Shown here one piece after another: positions 1 through 6,884 of a stretch of DNA of 64,000 nucleotides (the first letter of the stretch is position 1; each line of letters begins with the position of its first letter). The position numbers and the translations under genes are program-made. The DNA is from a virus (Duplodnaviria; Caudoviricetes), in the IMG/VR virus record IMGVR_UViG_3300028591_000005, positions 1 to 64,000 of that record; one strand, given 5' to 3'. Under the pieces are notes generated by a model. The model did no database searches. It was not told the DNA's origin and was given only the letters and a program-made list of their open reading frames with translations.

Positions 1-52
1 GTCGCGTGGCGATTGCCCACGCGACGCCAAAAGTCAAGTCTTGACAAAATAA

Positions 53-81
53 AAAGGCGTTGCCCCACCACGAGCAACGCC
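53..81 (-). terminator. Intrinsic terminator after tRNA-Lys
   Basis: Minus strand ggcgttgc-loop-gcaacgcc followed by a U-run. Confidence 0.7.
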
Positions 82-113
82 AGGAAAGAGAGGAACGATT
101 TTAAGTTGTAAAG

Positions 114-186
114 TGTACCCGACGGGGCTCGAACCCGTGACCCCTTGATTAAAAGTCAAGTGCTCTACCTACTGAGCTACGGGTAC
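114..186 (-). tRNA. trnK: tRNA-Lys(UUU), CCA not encoded
   Basis: Reverse complement GTACCCG-TAGCTCAGTAGGTAGAGC-A-CTTGA CTTTTAA TCAAG-GGGTC-ACGGGTTCGAGCCCCGT-CGGGTAC-A folds into a canonical cloverleaf with anticodon TTT. Confidence 0.97.
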
Positions 187-195
187 ATAACCGCA

Positions 196-555
196 TTACT
201 TTTTAGGCGGTCTGTGCTTGATAAGTTTTAATGTGTATTCGTCACCGCAATACTCAAAACTGATTTCAGTTTCAGGCTTAACCTTAACATTTAATACAAG
301 TCCCTCATCAATGATAAATTCTTCATTTTCAAGGGCAGTCTTAAAGAAATTAATAAGACTTGCCTTGTTTTCGTCAACCTTGCGTTCAACCTTTTTACGC
401 TCTTTTTTCACGGTTGCCTGTGTGTAGTTAAGCATTTCCTTGGAACCGAGTTCCATTTTTGCCATTTCAAGGGCTTCATCTTCAGTAACAGGTTCGCCAT
501 CTTCAAGGGCTTCATTATAAATTTCTTTTGCTAACTGTTCAAGTGTTTTTGCCAT
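196..555 (-). CDS. Hypothetical protein (119 aa), co-transcribed with tRNA-Lys
   Basis: ORF with SD gtgaggga and own sigmaA promoter; start reassigned to MAKTLE. Confidence 0.85.
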   Translation of the reverse strand: MAKTLEQLAKEIYNEALEDGEPVTEDEALEMAKMELGSKEMLNYTQATVKKERKKVERKVDENKASLINFFKTALENEEFIIDEGLVLNVKVKPETEISFEYCGDEYTLKLIKHRPPKK

Positions 556-581
556 TTTTGTATCCCTCACTTTCTATAAAA

Positions 582-610
582 ATTATAACAAAATTTTTAA
601 ATTTTGTCAA
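582..610 (-). promoter_or_regulatory. Consensus sigmaA promoter
   Basis: TTGACA-17 nt-TATAAT with extended TG. Confidence 0.85.
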
Positions 611-620
611 GTAAGAATTT

Positions 621-776
621 TTAATCGAAAACAATTTTTTTTCTTTCTTGACGAGTGGGATGCTTTGCGGTTTTCATCTCACGAGTGCCGAGATTTTGGT
701 CTACAAAAACTCTACGCTGTTTCTGAAGTTCTTTCCATTGTTTCTTTGTCATGTCCTTGCGTCTATTGTAATTCAT
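621..776 (-). CDS. Small basic hypothetical protein (51 aa, MNYNRRKDMTKKQW...)
   Basis: Translated by hand; SD gaggg upstream; below ORF-track cutoff. Confidence 0.7.
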   Translation of the reverse strand: MNYNRRKDMTKKQWKELQKQRRVFVDQNLGTREMKTAKHPTRQERKKIVFD

Positions 777-780
777 TTTT

Positions 781-966
781 TTAACCCTCATAATATAAAA
801 TCACAACCTCTACAGTATCATCATCTTTAATTCGCATAGTGGTTGAAATTATTTCCATTGGAGTATCAAACCTATCACACAAAAGATGATTTATTTCCTC
901 TTCTATTGTATCACAACTGCCATTAAAAGGAAAAGAGCCTTTATAAAATTTATAATATTTTAACAT
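781..966 (-). CDS. Hypothetical early protein (61 aa)
   Basis: ORF with conserved early SD aagagaggtaatc. Confidence 0.75.
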   Translation of the reverse strand: MLKYYKFYKGSFPFNGSCDTIEEEINHLLCDRFDTPMEIISTTMRIKDDDTVEVVILYYEG

Positions 967-1013
967 CTTGATTACCTCTCTTGTGTAATTATAATATCAT
1001 TATTATAGGAAAA

Positions 1014-1123
1014 TTGCAATAGGTAAAATTACACAAAATTGCCGGAAAAATTTTGTTGATCCTGGTACTTGACAAAAATTGCGGCGCGTGTCAAATCATA
1101 CACGCGCCGCCAGGAAAGTCAAG
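1014..1123. repeat. Early-region dispersed element copy 1 (back-to-back -35 inverted repeat plus GC hairpin)
   Basis: caataggtaaaattacacaaaatt...ttgacaaaa followed by gcggcgcgtgt-8nt-acacgcgccgc. Confidence 0.85.
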
Positions 1124-1170
1124 CGGTTTCCGCAAAATTTTACCCCGCACGATTGTGCGGGGTGTCGTCA

Positions 1171-1332
1171 TTAGCGGATAGCCTTGCGGTTCGCTCTCTG
1201 TTTTTCGGTCAAAGGTGAGGGCTTCTCTCTGATTTCTTCAAAGATAATCTCATAATCTCTACCTGAGGCTTTTACCTCTCTCATGGTGTTAACTACAGTT
1301 CTGTTGGAAAGTTTGTAAAGCAATCTTCTCAT
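1171..1332 (-). CDS. Small basic hypothetical protein (53 aa, MRRLLYKLSN...)
   Basis: Hand-translated; SD aagagaggt; followed by hairpin 1142-1163. Confidence 0.7.
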   Translation of the reverse strand: MRRLLYKLSNRTVVNTMREVKASGRDYEIIFEEIREKPSPLTEKQRANRKAIR

Positions 1333-1347
1333 AATTTTTTACCTCTC

Positions 1348-1518
1348 TTATTTTCCTAAAATATTGTTGCCTACCGCGGTCAAAACATCTTGAACAAGGT
1401 CATCTGTTACAAGTTCCGAGCCAAGTTTATCGCAAAGATAATCGGATACTAAATCATAGACATTATCAACAAGGTTCTCAAGGTCTATATTGACTGTTTT
1501 TGTAACTGTAAAATCCAT
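1348..1518 (-). CDS. Small acidic hypothetical protein (56 aa, MDFTVTKTVN...)
   Basis: Hand-translated; SD aaagagaggt and own promoter. Confidence 0.7.
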   Translation of the reverse strand: MDFTVTKTVNIDLENLVDNVYDLVSDYLCDKLGSELVTDDLVQDVLTAVGNNILGK

Positions 1519-1575
1519 TTGGTTTACCTCTCTTTCTTAACTCTGTAATTATAATATCATAATTTTTTTTAAATG

Positions 1576-1824
1576 TCAACCGAAATATAAAAGTTTTAAA
1601 AAATAAATATTAAGGACACAACCTGCAAAGTGCATTACAATGCTATTAATGTGGCGGTCGGTTGTGAAATCTTTAACAAGACCGAAAACCGCAATAGCAA
1701 GACCAAACCATGATACAGACAAGCCAAAAATCATAATCAGAATAACATTTACGCATTGAATAATCGCACGGACGTCATTCATTTCAAACTTGTAAGCACC
1801 CTCAATGTTGAAAAATTTTCTCAT
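1576..1824 (-). CDS. Small membrane protein (about 82 aa)
   Basis: Two to three hydrophobic segments; conserved early SD. Confidence 0.75.
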   Translation of the reverse strand: MRKFFNIEGAYKFEMNDVRAIIQCVNVILIMIFGLSVSWFGLAIAVFGLVKDFTTDRHINSIVMHFAGCVLNIYFLKLLYFG

Positions 1825-1880
1825 TCTCATTACCTCTCTCTTTTGTTTCTGTAATTATAATACTACTATTTTGGGATAAA

Positions 1881-1977
1881 AGCAATAGGTAATTTTATAC
1901 AAATTTCGCCCGGAAATTTTGTTGATCTTTACTATTGACAGATTTTACGACGCGTGCCGCCCATGCACGCGTCGCCA
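1881..1977. repeat. Early-region dispersed element copy 2
   Basis: gcaataggtaattttatacaaattt...ctattgaca followed by cgacgcgtgc-7nt-gcacgcgtcg. Confidence 0.85.
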
Positions 1978-2055
1978 AACGCTTGTTATGTAACAGGTGT
2001 TATTTCCAGGGCAAAAAATAACACCCCGAATTTCTTCGGGGTGTCGGTGTTTGGA

Positions 2056-2418
2056 TTACTGAACCGCAGTGAAAAGTGCGGTCTTCTTATCCATGGTGCG
2101 GGTAGCCTTTCCGCTCTCAACAAGTTTCTTGAGGTAAGCGGAAGTCTTCTGCGGTGCGAAGTCCTTGACAGCATTGGTAGCGGTCTTGGTCAACTCGGTG
2201 ACGGTGACAGCCTTGCCGACAGCAACAAGTGCATCATAGACAGCAGTGGTGTTCGCATCAACCTCTGCGGTCTTCTTTGCGGAAACCTTGGAAGTCTTCT
2301 TCTCAAGCAGGGCAATTCTGCTCTCGCAAAACTCAACAAGGTCATTCCTCTCGTTAGCCTTTGCAAGTGCGATAATCTCATTGAAGTAATCTCTCTGTGT
2401 AACCTTGGTGTTTGCCAT
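2056..2418 (-). CDS. Putative DNA-binding protein (C-terminal winged-helix-like)
   Basis: Basic 120-aa ORF with highly-expressed-type codons; C-terminal VTVTEL...QKTSAYLKKLVESGKATR resembles a wHTH; terminator 2021-2044. Confidence 0.6.
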   Translation of the reverse strand: MANTKVTQRDYFNEIIALAKANERNDLVEFCESRIALLEKKTSKVSAKKTAEVDANTTAVYDALVAVGKAVTVTELTKTATNAVKDFAPQKTSAYLKKLVESGKATRTMDKKTALFTAVQ

Positions 2419-2504
2419 AATCATCAACCTCTTTCTTAAATTAAGTTTTCTTTGTTACAAGTACATTGTATCATTTCTTTATTCAATTGTCAAGCACTTT
2501 TTTT

Positions 2505-2613
2505 ATTTCTTTTTGCGGAAGTTGCTCGGAAACCGCTGAAATTGACTGTTGAGGTTTGCCGTGTCGACTTGGTGGGTTGTCCTCTGTGAAAGTCGCTTTC
2601 TTTTCTCTTTTGT
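2505..2613 (-). ncRNA. Candidate structured ncRNA or long leader
   Basis: TTGATT-17-TATAAT promoter (2620-2648) followed by about 110 nt with no start codon and stems cgactt/aagtcg and gcgg/ccgc. Confidence 0.35.
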
Positions 2614-2642
2614 AAGTACATTATAATATAAATTTTTATAAA

Positions 2643-2774
2643 AATCAAGTATGCATTCTGCACAAAGTTCCGGGAAGATCTTTGTGCAACTTTCACCTGG
2701 ATTTCCGCTTGACAAAATGTTGAGGGTATGGTACAATGGAAATTTCGTCGCGCGGCGGCCCATCGCGCGACGCC
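2643..2774. repeat. Early-region dispersed element copy 3 with intact plus-strand promoter
   Basis: TTGACA(2709)-17-TACAAT then cgtcgcgcg-9nt-cgcgcgacg. Confidence 0.8.
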
Positions 2775-2793
2775 AAAACAAAAGGCAGTGGTA

Positions 2794-3063
2794 TTACCAC
2801 CACTGCCCTGTAGATGCCAGGCTTTCAGCCATCGCCTCATCATAGTCGGATTCGCCTGTGTACTCGTCCTCGTCATCATCCCCAAAAATGTCATTCTGAC
2901 AGTCGGGGCACATTCCGCTGATTATCTGCTCACGCTCAGTGGCGTTCAGATAGGGGAACGCTTTCTGAGCAAGTTCACCGCACTCATAAGCGAAAACGCT
3001 CTCAGGTTTAACCTCAACCGCATGCTCACATCCGCAAAAAGGACAAACATTGATAAGTTTCAT
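2794..3063 (-). CDS. Zn-ribbon protein with acidic tail (89 aa)
   Basis: CPFC...CPDC motifs; conserved early SD. Confidence 0.8.
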   Translation of the reverse strand: MKLINVCPFCGCEHAVEVKPESVFAYECGELAQKAFPYLNATEREQIISGMCPDCQNDIFGDDDEDEYTGESDYDEAMAESLASTGQWW

Positions 3064-3127
3064 ATTGATTACCTCTCTTTCTTTTGATAAATCTATTTTA
3101 CCATGGTAGGGCTTGAATGTCAAGCCC

Positions 3128-3556
3128 TTATTTTATTTTTTTCAGAATTTCGATTATGTTGTCAACATTGTAGGCGGTTCCGTTCCATTCGTTGCGGTTG
3201 CGTTCTTCATCATCAAAGAGAATTCCATTTCCGCAAGTGCTTTTGGGTGTTCCGTATGCCACTATAGAGATTTTATTCCACTTTACAGACGGCAGGTGCT
3301 TTTTGAGCCACTCAAGTTTTGCGGTTGTCACTCTTTCGTCAAAGTCGGGATTTGAATTCTTTGCTAACCAACTGATGACAGTAATGGTGTTGCCGTTTCT
3401 CTGAAGTCTATTGAGAACCCTTGCAAGACTTGCCATATTAACGAGGGGAGTGGCTTCTCTATAAGGTCTTTCGCTCTTGTTGTTAAGGTCATTGAGCCAT
3501 CCCTCTACGCCGTAAAGGTTAGCAATTGTGCCGTCCATGTCGAAGTTGATATTCAT
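3128..3556 (-). CDS. HAD-superfamily phosphatase, 5'(3')-deoxyribonucleotidase-like
   Basis: HAD motif I FDMDGT and motif IV LFDDE; KLEWLKKH segment typical of NT5C-like phage enzymes. Confidence 0.75.
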   Translation of the reverse strand: MNINFDMDGTIANLYGVEGWLNDLNNKSERPYREATPLVNMASLARVLNRLQRNGNTITVISWLAKNSNPDFDERVTTAKLEWLKKHLPSVKWNKISIVAYGTPKSTCGNGILFDDEERNRNEWNGTAYNVDNIIEILKKIK

Positions 3557-3604
3557 ACTCTGTACCTCTCTTTCTGTATCTATAATATCACTTCAAGTCC
3601 AGAA

Positions 3605-3750
3605 ATGCAATAGGTAATTTTGCACAAAATTTCGGGATCATCCGGCATGAATTTTTGTGCAAATTTTCGCTTGACAAAATGTGCTGCGGTGTGGTATAAT
3701 AAAATTTCGCGGCGCCACAAACCCAAAGCGCCGCGCCAGGATTTGTCAAG
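3605..3750. repeat. Early-region dispersed element copy 4 with intact plus-strand promoter
   Basis: TTGACA(3671)-18-TATAAT then cgcggcgc-12nt-gcgccgcg and gtcaag. Confidence 0.85.
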
Positions 3751-3788
3751 CACTTTTTTCAAAAAAAATTAAGGGCGATAAATCGCCC

Positions 3789-3971
3789 TTAATCATCAGA
3801 GTCCTTTGCAATTCCGACAATATCGCACATCTTGAAAAATCCAACAGGTTTTATTCCGCTCTGAAGATACACGATTTCATCTTTGATTTCAAAGGTGTCA
3901 ACTCCATCAACAGTGATTTCATCGCCCTCATGCTCTTCAGTTCCTTTAAGAAAAATAGTAAAACTACTCAT
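3789..3971 (-). CDS. Hypothetical acidic protein (60 aa)
   Basis: SD aaagga; start reassigned to MSSFTIF; own promoter. Confidence 0.7.
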   Translation of the reverse strand: MSSFTIFLKGTEEHEGDEITVDGVDTFEIKDEIVYLQSGIKPVGFFKMCDIVGIAKDSDD

Positions 3972-4026
3972 ATTTTTATCTCCTTTCGATAAATCTATTT
4001 TATCATAGTGGGATTGACTTGTCAAG

Positions 4027-4545
4027 TCAATCCTCACTAAAAATATCATTGTTTTCGCAAAATTCAAAAATTGTTTCACGGACTTTCGACCACATCATTT
4101 TGATTTTGCGGGGATGGGCTTCCGCATAATCAACAGCCCACGTAGTTGCTTCAATTTCATCAGGTAACATAAAATATTGATAAAGAATTGCTTTTATTTC
4201 TTGAGGGTCATCAGTGTTTTCAAGTGCTTCACTTATACGCTCTTTTTCGTCAACACAAAAATTAATTGTTTCTTCATCTAAATTTGGTAATGTGTAATGG
4301 TGTCCTACCTCATGCAATAGACTAATAATAAAACTATTAGGTACAGCATAATCAAAAGTATCCTTTAAAAAATCTATAAAATAATCATCCCCGATATAAT
4401 CTTCGATAATTTTAAAATCAACTCTATGGTTTGTAGGATAGTACATATAACCATCAGTATCATTATAACATGCTTTGCTGATACCAAAAGGAGCAAGAAT
4501 TGCGGAAACCGCCTTATTAAGTTTTCTGATACCCTTGTAACCCAT
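4027..4545 (-). CDS. HExxH zinc metallopeptidase-like protein
   Basis: SLLHEVGHH motif and downstream EIEA third-ligand-like motif. Confidence 0.65.
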   Translation of the reverse strand: MGYKGIRKLNKAVSAILAPFGISKACYNDTDGYMYYPTNHRVDFKIIEDYIGDDYFIDFLKDTFDYAVPNSFIISLLHEVGHHYTLPNLDEETINFCVDEKERISEALENTDDPQEIKAILYQYFMLPDEIEATTWAVDYAEAHPRKIKMMWSKVRETIFEFCENNDIFSED

Positions 4546-4593
4546 ACTCTGTACCTCACTTTCTGTACCTATTATAATCTAAAAATCGGGCAA

Positions 4594-4704
4594 ATGCAAT
4601 AGGTAATTTTTCACAAAAATCCGGCTTAAAATTTGTGCAACTTACCTATTGACAAAAAATGCGGCGCGCTACAATCATGCGCGCGCCGCAGATCAGTTGT
4701 CAAG
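4594..4704. repeat. Early-region dispersed element copy 5
   Basis: Near-perfect inverted arms caataggtaa..cacaaa / tttgtg..ttacctattg, then tgcggcgcgc...gcgcgccgca and tgtcaa. Confidence 0.85.
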
Positions 4705-4714
4705 TGTTTTAGGT

Positions 4715-4968
4715 AAAAAAATGAGACGCCCTGCGGGTTCAGGCGTCTCTCGGTCGCATTAGGTGGCGCCCAACTCAATCCCGCGACCTTTGGCGCCCCT
4801 TTCGGCATTTCTCTAAACAAATAAATTAACGTTACGACTACTTGGGTGGACTTCTCATAAAAAACACCTCTTTCTTTTGTATTGGGTTTTCCCTCGTTTC
4901 GCTCAACTCTGACAGAGCCTTTGTCGTGTCCTAATTGAGTACTTCCCTCGGAGACTTCCCTCTTCTGT
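4715..4968 (-). ncRNA. Candidate structured RNA with internal 6-codon ORF (MRSPPK) and own terminator
   Basis: TTGACA-17-TATTAT promoter near 4973-5001; no long ORF; GC-rich stems; terminator gagacgcc/ggcgtctc plus U7. Confidence 0.5.
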
Positions 4969-5005
4969 TATTATAATAGCATACTGATTAACTATTGTCA
5001 ACTAA

Positions 5006-5092
5006 TTATAGGCAATAAAAGATAAAAAAAATACCTTCGATGATAACAACAGATGCAAGAATACCACACACAACACGTATAAGATTATCCAT
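5006..5092 (-). CDS. 28-aa hydrophobic peptide MDNLIRVVCGILASVVIIEGIFFIFYCL
   Basis: Hand-translated; conserved early SD aagagaggta. Confidence 0.55.
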   Translation of the reverse strand: MDNLIRVVCGILASVVIIEGIFFIFYCL

Positions 5093-5117
5093 ACTACATT
5101 ACCTCTCTTTTCTCTTG

Positions 5118-5318
5118 TCAAGCGGTCTCACGAATTCTCTTGTAGTAGATTACGTGTCCATTGAGGTAAACCTCAAGCTTCTTAACGCAATCGGTTGCGT
5201 AAAGGTCACTGAAACGGCGGAGCATCTTGTCACATGCGGTTTCGGCATCAGATGCGGTGATGTTGCACTCAAGGATATCAAGATTAGTAACGAAAAGGCG
5301 GACGGTGTAAGTATTCAT
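5118..5318 (-). CDS. Hypothetical early protein (66 aa)
   Basis: Conserved early SD and own promoter; start MNTYTV. Confidence 0.75.
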   Translation of the reverse strand: MNTYTVRLFVTNLDILECNITASDAETACDKMLRRFSDLYATDCVKKLEVYLNGHVIYYKRIRETA

Positions 5319-5368
5319 AGTAATTACCTCTCTTTCTGAAACCATTGTATCATGTGGAAGGGCTTTTG

Positions 5369-5584
5369 TCAAGCCCCACATGCTACAATATAGTAAGGCT
5401 TGACAATCTCATAGAGGCGGTCAATTTCCTCAAGAGAAAGAGGATTGTCAAAGGTATCGACAACAATCTGAAAAACGTCCTCATTGACGTCATAATCAAC
5501 AGCATAAATGTCGTCAGAAATGGACTCGATACGAGCAATAAGAGTGCAAGGGTCAATAAGTGCATAGTCACAGAAAAACTTCAT
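5369..5584 (-). CDS. Acidic hypothetical early protein (71 aa)
   Basis: Conserved early SD; start MKFFCD. Confidence 0.75.
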   Translation of the reverse strand: MKFFCDYALIDPCTLIARIESISDDIYAVDYDVNEDVFQIVVDTFDNPLSLEEIDRLYEIVKPYYIVACGA

Positions 5585-5632
5585 AGTCATTACCTCTCTT
5601 TCTGTATCTATAATAGCATACTGAAACCAGGA

Positions 5633-5764
5633 TTTCAATAGGTAATTTTGTACAAATTTCGGGATCCGGAATTAGAAAATTTTGTGCAAAATGCCTATTG
5701 ACAAAATAGCCAGCAGTATGGTATAATGGAAATTCGCGCCGGCACAAATGGCGTACGGCGCGCC
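5633..5764. repeat. Early-region dispersed element copy 6 with intact plus-strand promoter
   Basis: TTGACA(5698)-18-TATAAT then cgcgccg-14nt-cggcgcg. Confidence 0.85.
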
Positions 5765-5793
5765 AAAAAAGGACGCTTTCCGCGTCCTTATTA

Positions 5794-5922
5794 TCAGACC
5801 GTCTTGGCGAGGTCAGCCTTGACCTTGTGGCGGTAACGGCGGTTCGCCTGCTTGGTGGTGATGATGACCTCGCCGTACTTGTTGTATGCCCTAACGCTCT
5901 TGGTTCTCTCGGTTCTCTTCAT
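5794..5922 (-). CDS. Small very basic protein (42 aa, MKRTERTKSV...)
   Basis: Hand-translated; conserved early SD, own promoter, terminator 5770-5789. Confidence 0.7.
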   Translation of the reverse strand: MKRTERTKSVRAYNKYGEVIITTKQANRRYRHKVKADLAKTV

Positions 5923-5995
5923 TTTGATTACCTCTCTTTCTATAAATAATATATCACATTAGAGGTTTTGTGTCAACATTTTTTTAAAAAATTTT

Positions 5996-6181
5996 TTATA
6001 CAAGAGGTGCAAGTTTATTTTCGATAAATGCACTGTCCTCAACTCTTGCCTTGAAAGTAACCTTAGAATAATCCATTTCAACGTGTTCAACCTCAACCCA
6101 ACAAGGGATAGCAAGAGTGATTTCCTCAATAGCCATGATAAGTGCAAAAGAATTTTCGATGTAATAGATTTTCTCTACCAT
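5996..6181 (-). CDS. Hypothetical early protein (61 aa)
   Basis: ORF with SD gtgaggt. Confidence 0.7.
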   Translation of the reverse strand: MVEKIYYIENSFALIMAIEEITLAIPCWVEVEHVEMDYSKVTFKARVEDSAFIENKLAPLV

Positions 6182-6197
6182 AATTATACCTCACTAA

Positions 6198-6332
6198 TCA
6201 GTCAATGTCAAGGAGAAACTTGAAAAAGTTTACTTTGTCGATAAACTCTTCCCACGTGGGAGCCTGTCCGTTCTGTCTTACGTATCCATCGAACCACTCG
6301 TCAACCATTTTCTGAAGTGCCTTGTTATTCAT
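6198..6332 (-). CDS. Small hypothetical protein (44 aa, MNNKALQKMV...)
   Basis: Hand-translated; conserved early SD and promoter. Confidence 0.7.
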   Translation of the reverse strand: MNNKALQKMVDEWFDGYVRQNGQAPTWEEFIDKVNFFKFLLDID

Positions 6333-6431
6333 ACTGATTACCTCTCTTCCTTAATTCTGAAGTAATTATATCAAAAATCTTTTAAGTTGTCAACACTTTT
6401 AAAAAATTTTTTTTTGGTGCGGTTGTCGGCA

Positions 6432-6569
6432 TCAGCCGACAACCTTTTCCGCAAGAAGCTTCCCATGCTTCATAACATTCCATGCGATTTCATTTCTATC
6501 GGTCTTGCCGTTGCTATAGAAAAAGTATCCATCCGCGAATTCGTAGTAGTAAGTCTTGAATCTTGCCAT
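6432..6569 (-). CDS. Small aromatic-rich protein (45 aa, MARFKTYYYEF...)
   Basis: Conserved early SD, own promoter, terminator near 6420-6445. Confidence 0.75.
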   Translation of the reverse strand: MARFKTYYYEFADGYFFYSNGKTDRNEIAWNVMKHGKLLAEKVVG

Positions 6570-6642
6570 TTTGATTACCTCTCTTTCTGTAAATACTATA
6601 TCATGTTGAGGTTTATTTGTCAATACTTTTTTTATTTTTTTT

Positions 6643-6772
6643 AGTAGTTTCCGTTGGGTTGTTAGGCTTTCAAATATCGGTTTTAACTGATTTAGTTAAG
6701 TTCGTTACCCTACTAACCGCTAACTATTGCCAACTGTCTCTTTGAAAGGTATCCGCTACTCTTTTCCTTTCT
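6643..6772 (-). ncRNA. Candidate multi-stem ncRNA
   Basis: Promoter at 6781-6808 followed by ORF-less 130 nt with nested pairings agtag/ctact, ctttcaaa/tttgaaag, cggtt/aaccg, ttaact/agttaa. Confidence 0.4.
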
Positions 6773-6802
6773 GTAATTATAGTATAGCACAAACCCAGGA
6801 TT

Positions 6803-6863
6803 TTTCAATAGGTAAAATTGCATAAATTTTTTTCATTATTTTTGTGCAAGATCACCATTGACG
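6803..6863. repeat. Early-region dispersed element copy 7 (inverted arms only)
   Basis: caataggtaaaattgcataaatt...tttgtgcaagatcaccattgacg. Confidence 0.75.
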
Positions 6864-6884
6864 CAAAATAGCAAAAATTGAGAA

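Noticed and set aside
2742-2772. GC hairpins as type I-C CRISPR repeat mimics (RNA anti-CRISPR) or integron attC sites
   Set aside because: Copy 3 reversed reads GTCGCGC...GCGCG..GAAAT but lacks the GGATTGAAA handle, is opposite to its promoter, and other copies do not fit. No RYYYAAC/GTTRRRY ends or integrase are present.
4750-4810. HDV-like/theta ribozyme or c-di-GMP riboswitch
   Set aside because: The two interleaved stems lack a P3/L3 and P1.1, and only fragments of riboswitch consensus are present. Kept as an unassigned structured RNA.
1954-6644. Plus-strand ORFs in the early region (e.g. 1954-2439, 2728-3087, 5040-5339, 5345-5641) and long ORFs crossing the repeat modules
   Set aside because: They are antisense shadows of minus-strand genes that have clear SD sites and promoters, or they run through regulatory repeats; none has a convincing SD.
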